This document shows positions 18,404 through 26,564 of a stretch of DNA of 64,000 nucleotides, piece after piece; position 1 is the stretch's first letter; every line of letters starts with the position of its first letter. Location: assembly GCA_022821725.1 (NCBI GenBank), contig JAJEDB010000129.1, forward strand, positions 7,914 to 71,913, read 5' to 3'. The notes beneath the pieces are model-generated. The model was not told the DNA's origin. It saw only the letters and a list, made by a program, of their open reading frames with translations, and did no database searches. The translations under genes and the position numbers were made by a program. Origin of the DNA: Candidatus Poribacteria bacterium (GTDB lineage Bacteria; Poribacteria; WGA-4E; WGA-3G).

Positions 18404-18530
18404 TGAGACTCATTTTCTACTGGATGGAATCTGAGGAAACACGAAATTCAGATTTGAAAAAAATGTGGAAATGTGATAACATGTTCACAATTTAAAATTC
18501 AAAAACGGTAGCCTGCAACAACAGCGCAGG
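18404..18530 (+). repeat. Direct repeat copy A bracketing the restriction-modification segment (uninterrupted 'empty-site' version)
   Basis: 18447-18530 aligns with 22865-22947 at roughly 90% identity by eye. The similarity extends upstream to 18404 ('TTACACCACCTGAGACTCATTTTCTAC...'). Confidence 0.8.
18454..18482 (+). promoter_or_regulatory. Sigma-70-like promoter inside repeat copy A
   Basis: TTGAAA - 17 nt - (TGa)TAACAT, with an extended -10 TG. Lies 255 nt upstream of the RM gene start. Confidence 0.35.
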
Positions 18531-18736
18531 GTGTTTTGATAGGGGTTTTTGCTTGGGTGTTTCTGCGTATTTCTGCGTATTGCTTGGGGTATTTGCTGAG
18601 GGGTTTCTGCAGATTTTTTCAGATTCCACGGATTTTTTGGGCACTTGTCCTACAGGTATTTAGCCCTGTAGAGGCGACATCTGGACCGCCTAAAATCGCC
18701 CAAAGTTTAGTCAATTTGACGTAGAGGTAGCAAACA

Positions 18737-21700
18737 GTGGTATTACCCTTTAACAATACTTTATTTTCCAGTTATCACCTTGAAAAAGTTGTAGAAAATC
18801 AAACATCGGATACATTGAAGTCTGTCTACGATCAGATTAAACAACTTTACGCCTCTGTGACTGGATTTGTAGAGAATCTGAATGAACCACAAACGGAGGA
18901 GCAATTCATCCGCCCGGTCCTGAAATGCCTTGGACATGTCTTTGAAGTCCAGCCAATACTACCAACATCCTTAGGGACAAAGCAACCAGATTACGCCTTT
19001 TTTGCTGACCAAGAATCGTTGGATACAGCACATCCACAGGTTAATACAGATGCCTTTTTCAATACAGCAGTCGCTGTCGGCGATGCTAAGGCGTGGAAAA
19101 AAGACCTTGATAAGAAAGCAGTGGTCGGTGGAGATCATTTTTCTAACGCTAATCCTAACTATCAGATTGATTTCTATATTCGCACATCAGAGCTCAGATG
19201 GGGAATGCTGACAAGTGGAAAATTATGGAGGCTTTACCATCGGGATACAAGTTATAAGTTAGATAGTTTTTACGAAGTTAACCTTGAAAAGATACTAACC
19301 GATGGAGATATAGATGCGTTTCGTTATTTTTATTATTTTTTTCGGAGTGAGGCACTCGTTCCAGCCCCTTCTCATCGATCCTTTCTGGATGATGTGTTAT
19401 CAGGCAGTATCCACTATACCGTTTCAGTTTCAGATGATCTCGGAGAGAAAATATATTTAGCATTAGAAGAACTCATCAACGGATTTTTAAGCTATCAAGA
19501 GAACAATTTAACCACTTCTGCTGCCGATGTAGAGAAAATACATGAAAATAGTCTTATTCTGCTTTATCGCCTGCTGTTTGTGCTATACGCCGAAAGCCGT
19601 GGACTCTTGCCTCTTCAGAATCCTGAATATCAGACCGGATACAGTGTAGAGGGACTGGCTATCGAGATACATAGTCAGTTAGACACCGGAGCCGTAGTTC
19701 CTGATTTACGCAGTGATCACTGGGACCGTCTCCAAACCCTTTTTAAGCTCATTGACAAAGGATGGGAAAAAGACATCCCTCAATATAATGGAGGGCTTTT
19801 CAATCCGACACGCCATCAATTTCTGGTAAAGAAGAAAATTGGGAACCGATCTCTCGCTAAGGTTATAGACACATTGACCCGGACAACAGAACAAGAACGT
19901 ATTGCATATCAAGATTTAGCGATTCAGCACTTGGGCAATATTTATGAAGGGCTGCTTGAATATAAGCCGACTGTGCAGCATCAAACCGGAGGCGTGAAAT
20001 TAAAGAAAAATAGAAATGCTAAAAAGGCAAGTGGTAGTTATTATACCTCTGATGCGATTGTGCGATCGATGGTTGAAAACGCGCTAAGTCCTCTCTGTGA
20101 GCGAAAAGCGTTTGAAGAAATCTTGAGACTGAAGGTATTAGATCCTGCTATCGGAAGTGGACATTTCCTTATTGGTGTGATTGATCACTTGGCATTGGAG
20201 TTAGCAACACATCCTGACGCGCCACCTATGGAAACTGAGGACATTGACACAGAAATTGCATATTGGCGTAGACGCGTTGTGGAAACGTGTATCTATGGTG
20301 TAGACAAAAATCCGATGGCAGTGGAGTTAGCGAAAGTAGCTCTCTGGCTTCACACCGTGGCAAAAGGAAAGCCTCTCTCGTTTTTGGATCACCATATCCG
20401 GTGTGGAAATTCGCTGGTTGGGGCAAACATCGCTAATCTCGCGAATTTACCTGTCCCTAAGAAATCTCGCCGTTCCCCGGAAACACTCCAGCCTACTTTC
20501 GATATAGTTTTCGAGTTCACCAACACCGTCTCTGAAGCAGTCGGACACTATCTTAAGATTGATAGTATAGAGAGCTCGACTGCTGAAAATATACATCTTA
20601 TGGAGAAGGAACTGGAACAGGCACAGCAAACGCTCAATCAACACAGAGAAATTGCGAATCTCTGGCTAAGTGTCTATTTTGGCAATGAGGTTAACCGCGG
20701 TGATTACCATAATATACTCAGCGTTCTGAAATCAGGACAGGTGGCAGACTTTTCCAACCTTCAAGGTTATAAAAAAGCGCAACAATTAGCGGAAGACTAT
20801 CGCTATTTCCATTGGGAGATTGAATTTCCAGAAGTCTTTCGCGATGAACTGGGAAATGAATTGGAAAACCCTGGCTTTGACGTTATCGTCGGTAATCCAC
20901 CGTACGGGGCAAAGCTTACCTCTCACGAAAAAGCACACTTAAAGACAGTCAGAACAGATACCGGAAACAATAATAATAGTGCTGCATTCTTCATAGACAT
21001 TGCTAAAAACCGTTTGATGAAATCTGATGGGGTGCTCGCCTTCATCGTGCCAAAGTCACTGTTATTCGTTAAAAATTGGCATCGTTTGTTTTTTGCACTG
21101 TTGGAAAAAACTCGAATTTTGATTGACGTAGGCGAGGCTTTTAGAGGAGTCAAACTGGAACAGGTAATTTTCATCTATGACTCTTGCTATAAAGAAAGTT
21201 TTTACGAAGCACGCAGATTCGTCAATGAAGCCCCGGTTGGGAAGACACGTGTCTTTTACTCTTATCCGAAACTGTTTCAGACATGGATATGTGATGTTTC
21301 ACTTGAAGATATCCAAATCGGTTTAAAGGTCAGGCAAATTGGAACATTGATGAAAGACATTTCTGATACAAAGCGAGGTTTACCATGGCAAAGCAAACTG
21401 AGTGAATCCGGCGATGTTCCAGTCGTTGGGGGAAAGCAAATCGTTCGCTACGGGACGAATGGGATTAAGGGTTTTGTAAACTTCGAAGATTTAGAGCCTC
21501 TCGAAGATTCGGATTCTCTTAATGAAAAAATCGAATTTTTACAGCAACCGAAGGTAATGTCACAGAATATTATAGCACATATTACCGATCCAAAACCACA
21601 CATCAAAATTACGGCAACAGCAGACCGGACAAATGAGGTATTAAGTGTAGATACAGTAACGAATACTGTCCTTACTGATAGAAACATCTCTCCCATTTTT

Positions 21701-22009
21701 ATCTCGGCTCTTTTGAATTCGACGTTGATCAATTGGTACGCCCACAAATTTATTTTTTCTTCCGCTGTTAGGACTATGCATTTTGACCAGGACTATGTTG
21801 GCAAGATACCAATCCCCATCGTAACATTAGCAGAACAACAACCGATAATTGAATTAGCGGAGCAGATTATGACAGCGAAGCAGAAAAATCCAGAAGTCGA
21901 TACGTCTGCGAAGGAGCAGAAAATTGATACTTTAGTGTATAACCTATATGGACTGGAAGCAAAGGAAAGGAAGATTGTCCAATCGTCAATTGAACGATCA
22001 CACTCCTGA
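18737..22009 (+). CDS. Type IIG (MmeI/Eco57I-like) restriction-modification enzyme: fused PD-(D/E)xK nuclease, N6-adenine methyltransferase and target-recognition region
   Basis: 1090 aa with GTG start. N-terminal 'QPDYAFF...AVGDAKAWKK' (PD...D-x-K). SAM motif I 'VLDPAIGSGHFLIG'. 'YGVDKNPMAVELAKVALWL'. Catalytic motif IV 'VIVGNPPYGAKL'. Long C-terminal TRD-like region. Confidence 0.85.
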   Translation: MVLPFNNTLFSSYHLEKVVENQTSDTLKSVYDQIKQLYASVTGFVENLNEPQTEEQFIRPVLKCLGHVFEVQPILPTSLGTKQPDYAFFADQESLDTAHPQVNTDAFFNTAVAVGDAKAWKKDLDKKAVVGGDHFSNANPNYQIDFYIRTSELRWGMLTSGKLWRLYHRDTSYKLDSFYEVNLEKILTDGDIDAFRYFYYFFRSEALVPAPSHRSFLDDVLSGSIHYTVSVSDDLGEKIYLALEELINGFLSYQENNLTTSAADVEKIHENSLILLYRLLFVLYAESRGLLPLQNPEYQTGYSVEGLAIEIHSQLDTGAVVPDLRSDHWDRLQTLFKLIDKGWEKDIPQYNGGLFNPTRHQFLVKKKIGNRSLAKVIDTLTRTTEQERIAYQDLAIQHLGNIYEGLLEYKPTVQHQTGGVKLKKNRNAKKASGSYYTSDAIVRSMVENALSPLCERKAFEEILRLKVLDPAIGSGHFLIGVIDHLALELATHPDAPPMETEDIDTEIAYWRRRVVETCIYGVDKNPMAVELAKVALWLHTVAKGKPLSFLDHHIRCGNSLVGANIANLANLPVPKKSRRSPETLQPTFDIVFEFTNTVSEAVGHYLKIDSIESSTAENIHLMEKELEQAQQTLNQHREIANLWLSVYFGNEVNRGDYHNILSVLKSGQVADFSNLQGYKKAQQLAEDYRYFHWEIEFPEVFRDELGNELENPGFDVIVGNPPYGAKLTSHEKAHLKTVRTDTGNNNNSAAFFIDIAKNRLMKSDGVLAFIVPKSLLFVKNWHRLFFALLEKTRILIDVGEAFRGVKLEQVIFIYDSCYKESFYEARRFVNEAPVGKTRVFYSYPKLFQTWICDVSLEDIQIGLKVRQIGTLMKDISDTKRGLPWQSKLSESGDVPVVGGKQIVRYGTNGIKGFVNFEDLEPLEDSDSLNEKIEFLQQPKVMSQNIIAHITDPKPHIKITATADRTNEVLSVDTVTNTVLTDRNISPIFISALLNSTLINWYAHKFIFSSAVRTMHFDQDYVGKIPIPIVTLAEQQPIIELAEQIMTAKQKNPEVDTSAKEQKIDTLVYNLYGLEAKERKIVQSSIERSHS

Positions 22010-22093
22010 AAATCCTACAATCCGTCAAAGTTTATCAGGTTGATGCGGCGACAACATCCTACGCTACAGATTCTCCATATACTATTGCGACTT

Positions 22094-22351
22094 TCAGTGG
22101 ACGGGATGTCTATACTTGTGAAGTGACAACAACGTCTCTTCAACGGCAGTAGGGAGTTGGATAGGGTGAAAACGGTTAATTGTATAGGCATAATCTTCGC
22201 CGCTTTCATCAATAACGCGAATATAGCCGTGAAGTGCCGCTTCATCATCTTGGACAACACGATACACTTTCCCCACTTCAAGAGATGTTGGGTATCCCTC
22301 GTTATTAAGACATAAGACGAATTGCGTAAGTTGGTCAACTTTTGTAGTCAT
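22094..22351 (-). CDS. Small conserved hypothetical protein (85 aa), convergent with the RM gene
   Basis: 'LNNEGYPTSLEVGKVYRVVQDDEAALHGYIRVIDESGEDYAYTINRFHPIQLP' matches a recurrent small-protein pattern (...YP.SLE..K.Y.V..D.....g.iRViDESGEDY.Y....F..i.LP) that I recall from many bacterial genomes, with no assigned function. Confidence 0.55.
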   Translation of the reverse strand: MTTKVDQLTQFVLCLNNEGYPTSLEVGKVYRVVQDDEAALHGYIRVIDESGEDYAYTINRFHPIQLPTAVEETLLSLHKYRHPVH

Positions 22352-22541
22352 CTTTCATCAATCAAGAAATGGGAGTTTAATTTTAAATTCTCTCTTTCCG
22401 ATGTTGTCAGCTTGATACCAATGCACTGTAGATATTTAATTGTAGCACACTTCTAAAGATTTCTCAAATCAAAACATGCGAGACACGCAGATTCGTTCGT
22501 GAATTTCATTCCGCTTACCCCACCTAAGACCTCATTTTCTA

Positions 22542-22696
22542 ACCTAAGTTGCCACTTGTAGCACAAACTTTATAGTTTGTGTCTGTGGATGCGCAAACTA
22601 AAAGTTTACGCTACAAAACGTTTATGCATCATGACCCATTTCGATGAAAAACGCTATCTGCAGGTTTCCGAAAATCTCGTAAGTAGCAACTTGCGT
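22542..22696. mobile_element. MITE-like insertion (family 2) present only in repeat copy B
   Basis: Imperfect 16-nt TIRs ACCTAAGTTGCCACTT / AAGTAGCAACTTGCGT. 'TTTTCTA' flanks both sides (22535-22541 and 22697-22703), whereas copy A has a single TTTTCTA (18423-18429) at the homologous position. Confidence 0.65.
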
Positions 22697-22871
22697 TTTT
22701 CTATTGGATAGAATCTGGGAAAAATCCGAAAATGAAGATTAAGAATTTAATCAGGTAATTCCCCAACGTGCGATAAATCGCACTACTACGAACCAACCCG
22801 TTTGTAGTAGGGAGACCATTCATGGTTTCCCGTCAATTACCCAATTTATCTATTAAGCCTCATATTCGGAT

Positions 22872-22900
22872 TTGAAAAAAATGTGGAAATGTGATAACAT
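22872..22900 (+). promoter_or_regulatory. Sigma-70-like promoter inside repeat copy B
   Basis: Identical TTGAAA-17-(TGa)TAACAT, 113 nt upstream of the ATG at 23013. Confidence 0.4.
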
Positions 22901-23012
22901 GTTCATAACCTAAAATTCAAAAACGAGAGCCTGCAACAATACGCAGGCAGACTTCAGGAACGAATCTCAGAGTCTTAACGCTCGCTATTTCTCCGCAAGG
23001 TAAATTTAAAAA

Positions 23013-25217
23013 ATGGTTATCACAGTCGACGAAAGCTACCGCCATAAGAGGGATCGCACTGAACAACAACTCTTCGCAGTCGTTGAACAGAATACGCCGG
23101 ATTCCATAAAAACACCTCTGTTTCCGCAAGATGAACCCAATGCCTTCACGTTCCACCTTGATAAGGAACGGATTGCGCGTTTGAACCTCTGGGAATGGTT
23201 CCGTAACTACGCGAAAGAAGCACAAGTCTCGACCGCCGGTATCCGCGGTCCACAGAATATTTTATACCCATGGGACACCCGCTTCCCGATTAACCAGATT
23301 GGGATTATTTTAGCAACGCTCGGAAAAAGTCTCGTCGCGAATGAAACCGCAGATGGAAGGTTGGTTGAGAAACTCGCCGGATGCGAGGTGCGCTACAACT
23401 CACAGAAATATGTCGAATACATCGCCCGTATCCAAGCCGGACAAGGGATTCGGACGTATGTGCCGAAATCATTTGGCACCCTCCCCATCTGGATGGCATC
23501 GTTTTTGATCTTCATGCTTGATTTGGACGGTGGCGAACACGTCACGTCAAGCCATTCCGTCAGTACAAAAAACGCCACCAAAGACCTCAACAATCAGGGA
23601 AGCCAATACCTACCCGAGGAATCCATGCGGTTCGTCAACAAAATTGAAGAGATCCTCACAATCGCTGAGACGGACAGCTATCCCATTCAGTTCAGTGCCG
23701 TTAGCGACGCTCACATCGATTTTGAACGACTGGAAGAACTTCACGACGGCGTGCAGCTTTATGTCGGCTATCTCAAAGGCGGCGTTGCTACAGATGCGAA
23801 TCTCAAACTCATCCGCGAGACGAAACCCTCCATTGTTATCGATTGTGTTGGTGGGTGTATGTATCGTCCGATGCGTGCCATCTTTGAACGGTTGGGAATC
23901 GCCAACGCTGTTCGCTGGCTCCACGTTGAGGCGGACCCGCTCTATCACAACATCGGAAAACTCGATCGGAATCCGAAAACGGGTGAAACTGAATTTTACG
24001 ATCTCGGTTGCGACTTTAGTATCCTCGATGTCGTCACATCCACAGATTACGCAACGAAACTCAAATCGCAGCCCATTGGAACCATTATCGAAGCGACCGA
24101 TCCGGATGGCGACCGACTCATCGTCTGTGAAATAGAGGACGCATCACGCTCAGAAACGTTGGAACAACTCGGCATTGATTTTCTTGATCTCGGGGACGAC
24201 CGACTCTTGACGATCTATACACCGAATCAAGCGTTCCTGATGTTGATGGACTTCTACGCCAAGCAACTGAAAACCGCCGGTCTTTGGGAAGATCATCCGC
24301 GGTTCATGATTAAGACGACACCCTCCGCGCTCGCGTGGGATCAGTGGGGTGATGCGAACAGTGTGAAGGTCATTAACGTTCCTGTCGGTTTCAAGGAGAT
24401 CGCCGCGATTATGAAAAAGATTGAACGACAGTTGGCTGATGCGCCAGAGGCGCCCGTTGTTGTTCAAGATGTCTACGGTAAAACGATTTCACTGGGTGTC
24501 CAACCGCGACTGATTTTCGCAGGTGAAGAGAGCGGAGGCATGATTACCGGTCCCGAAAAACTCATCCAGAGCCAGAGCCGTCGCACAGCGATTGCGATGC
24601 GTGAAAAATCGGCAGGTGAATCCATGGTGCTGGTTACGGCACTCGCAGCGCATTGTAAAGCGGCAAATATTTCGCTCTCTGACTATCTCGCCGCTGTGTT
24701 TGCAGAGAGCCAAATTACAGCGATGTATGACGTGAGAGAGGACATCACGTATTACAACGAATCGGAGCCAAATCCTGAAAAACTCCGGGCAGCGAAGCGT
24801 GAAGGCGAGGCGAAACGCGATAAAAACGACCTGTTTTTTCTCGGCATCGCCATTGCGCTCCGAGATGGGAAAATAGATGTAGAACACGCACGTGCCATCC
24901 TCTCAGATGCCCTGCCGAGCCTTGATTTCTCAACGCTTGAGGATGTCAGATTTGTTGGCGACGGCAGTTATCTCAAGTTTCACGATAAATGTGTTGAAGT
25001 CCGAAAGTCCGGCACGGATGCGAAAACCAAAGCCTACGCCTCTGGCAGCGATAAGAAAGAGTGTCGGAAGTTCGCCAAAGCCTTCGGTGAAGCAAGTGGT
25101 GAATTAACCGAACTTTACACCGAACAAATAGGTCAAAATTACTTAGGGGATGTTGAAAGCAGAGCACGCCAGATTTACGATGCATTTCAGTCAGCTAAAA
25201 AAGGAGAATTATCATGA
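23013..25217 (+). CDS. Alpha-D-phosphohexomutase superfamily protein (PGM/PMM-like, unusually long and divergent)
   Basis: 734 aa. Phosphoserine-loop-like 'HVTSSHSVS', metal loop 'TDPDGDRLIV', sugar loop 'GEESGGMI', phosphate loop 'VRKSGTDAKTKAY'. Conserved leader TCCGCAAGGTAAATTTAAAAA-ATG. Confidence 0.65.
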   Translation: MVITVDESYRHKRDRTEQQLFAVVEQNTPDSIKTPLFPQDEPNAFTFHLDKERIARLNLWEWFRNYAKEAQVSTAGIRGPQNILYPWDTRFPINQIGIILATLGKSLVANETADGRLVEKLAGCEVRYNSQKYVEYIARIQAGQGIRTYVPKSFGTLPIWMASFLIFMLDLDGGEHVTSSHSVSTKNATKDLNNQGSQYLPEESMRFVNKIEEILTIAETDSYPIQFSAVSDAHIDFERLEELHDGVQLYVGYLKGGVATDANLKLIRETKPSIVIDCVGGCMYRPMRAIFERLGIANAVRWLHVEADPLYHNIGKLDRNPKTGETEFYDLGCDFSILDVVTSTDYATKLKSQPIGTIIEATDPDGDRLIVCEIEDASRSETLEQLGIDFLDLGDDRLLTIYTPNQAFLMLMDFYAKQLKTAGLWEDHPRFMIKTTPSALAWDQWGDANSVKVINVPVGFKEIAAIMKKIERQLADAPEAPVVVQDVYGKTISLGVQPRLIFAGEESGGMITGPEKLIQSQSRRTAIAMREKSAGESMVLVTALAAHCKAANISLSDYLAAVFAESQITAMYDVREDITYYNESEPNPEKLRAAKREGEAKRDKNDLFFLGIAIALRDGKIDVEHARAILSDALPSLDFSTLEDVRFVGDGSYLKFHDKCVEVRKSGTDAKTKAYASGSDKKECRKFAKAFGEASGELTELYTEQIGQNYLGDVESRARQIYDAFQSAKKGELS

Positions 25218-26305
25218 TCAGAACGATTATCGCTTTATTCGGAGTTGCGATGCTTTTTTGTTTCGCAACAGTTTCCGAAGCAGCGTGGACGATCCTGCGT
25301 GAAGACAACTTTGTCCGAGATGATGGAATTGACGCGAGGTTACAAGATGTCTATTTCATGGATAACGAGAGAGGTTTGGTCGTTGGAGATGGCGGTTTAA
25401 TATTGGTGACGACGGACGGTGGCAAAATCTGGGGCAAAATCGAAGTTGATATGCGTCCCCCCGGTGCCGGGCAAAGACCAGGCGGACGCCCGGGTGCTGG
25501 CGGTGGTCCCCCAGCGGGTATGTTCGGTGGTGGCGGTGGTGCGCCGCTCTACAATATCTACTTTGTAAATGAAAACGTCGGCTATATCACTGGCGGTAGA
25601 GCGACTATCTTGAAGACCGAAGACGGTGGTAAAACTTGGGCACGGAAAACAGCGATGAGCGATACCCCCGGACGTGATGGCAGGCCAGGACGTCTTCGCG
25701 CGAATCTAATGGGTATCCAGATGATTAGTGAAACAACCGGTTTCATTGCCGGCAGCGAGAACACGATCCTCAAAACGACCGATGGCGGCGAAACTTGGAT
25801 AGGGAGTTCCGAACGGGCACGCGTCGGCGAGACCCGGAACAACCTTGAGAATATCTGGTTTGTCTCCCCTACAATGGGGTGGGTTATCGGTTCCTTCGGA
25901 ACGCTCCTGCACACCACGGATGGCGGTGAAACCTGGGAGAAACGGAACCTTGCCAGCGTCGATGATAACCTGTTTGGTATCCACTTCGTTGATGAAAACA
26001 CGGGTTGGATATGCGGACAGGGAGGCTTAATTTTGCATACCGCCGACGGCGGTGCAACGTGGAATCAGCAAGAAACCGACTCATACGACGATCTCCACGA
26101 TATTATCTTCGTTGATGCCATGATCGGTTGGGTAGTCGGCGGCTATAACACTATTTTACACACAACCGATGGCGGCAAAACCTGGAATAAACCCGCTGCA
26201 TCAGTGGGTGGAATTGATAGTTTTAAAGGCGTTCATGCAACCGACTCGAATAACTGTTGGACAGTTAACGATGGAGGGGTCATCGCAGGATACAAAGCCC
26301 AATAG
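25214..26305 (+). CDS. Exported Ycf48/BNR-like beta-propeller protein with a Gly/Pro-rich insertion
   Basis: Signal peptide. Six or more 'T(T)DGG(K/E)TW' repeats. Insertion 'RPPGAGQRPGGRPGAGGGPPAGMFGGGGGAP' at nt 25454-25546. Its start overlaps the upstream stop (ATGA). Confidence 0.65.
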   Translation: MIRTIIALFGVAMLFCFATVSEAAWTILREDNFVRDDGIDARLQDVYFMDNERGLVVGDGGLILVTTDGGKIWGKIEVDMRPPGAGQRPGGRPGAGGGPPAGMFGGGGGAPLYNIYFVNENVGYITGGRATILKTEDGGKTWARKTAMSDTPGRDGRPGRLRANLMGIQMISETTGFIAGSENTILKTTDGGETWIGSSERARVGETRNNLENIWFVSPTMGWVIGSFGTLLHTTDGGETWEKRNLASVDDNLFGIHFVDENTGWICGQGGLILHTADGGATWNQQETDSYDDLHDIIFVDAMIGWVVGGYNTILHTTDGGKTWNKPAASVGGIDSFKGVHATDSNNCWTVNDGGVIAGYKAQ

Positions 26306-26564
26306 TTTTTAATTATTCGCAAGGCGTTCAATGAAGTGATTTGTTTACTGAGGGTTCTTCTTTAAATCCGCCCGCGCCGTTGTTGCGGGCTACGGTCTTA
26401 ATCCAATTTTTTTGCACATAACCGTAGCCCACAATGGAATGGAGGGGTTTTTGCGAATCAACGCCGAATGCGCGTGTGGCATTCAGCGGGGTGTTTCTTC
26501 AGATAAATAGAATGCACGTCAACTTCTAAACGCACACTATTACTCCGCAAGGAAAACGAGAAAA
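26306..26564 (+). repeat. Composite intercistronic repeat region (IG1)
   Basis: Begins right after the stop codon with TTTTTAATTATTCGCAAGGCGTT. Contains hairpin GCCCGC-GCCGTTGTT-GCGGGC (26370-26390), modules shared with 40521-40557 and 55477-55527, and ends in the TCCGCAAGGAAAACGAGAAAA-ATG leader. Confidence 0.75.

Larger units (their letters stand above)
22515..22948 (+). repeat. Direct repeat copy B (interrupted 'filled-site' version) upstream of the phosphohexomutase gene
   Basis: Colinear with 18404-18530 but carries two extra hairpin-rich blocks, at 22542-22696 and approximately 22730-22860. Confidence 0.75.

Noticed and set aside
18536-18724. 62-aa ORF just upstream of the Type IIG gene as a possible controller (C) protein
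   Set aside because: It has no helix-turn-helix pattern. It is very hydrophobic and aromatic ('FAWVFLRISAYCLGYLLRGFCRFF'). It is translated through the TTCTGCGTAT tandem repeat and hairpin modules. It is most likely non-coding leader sequence.
18404-22948. RM segment as a composite transposon or integrative island
   Set aside because: There is no transposase, integrase or tRNA attachment site. The flanking repeats are direct, promoter-bearing and belong to the genome's general intergenic repeat repertoire. I therefore keep only the weaker 'repeat-bracketed cassette' interpretation.
25454-25546. Gly/Pro-rich stretch as a collagen-like or separate repeat gene
   Set aside because: It is in frame inside a continuous propeller ORF. 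It is only 31 residues long, with no G-x-y periodicity. I treat it as a low-complexity loop.
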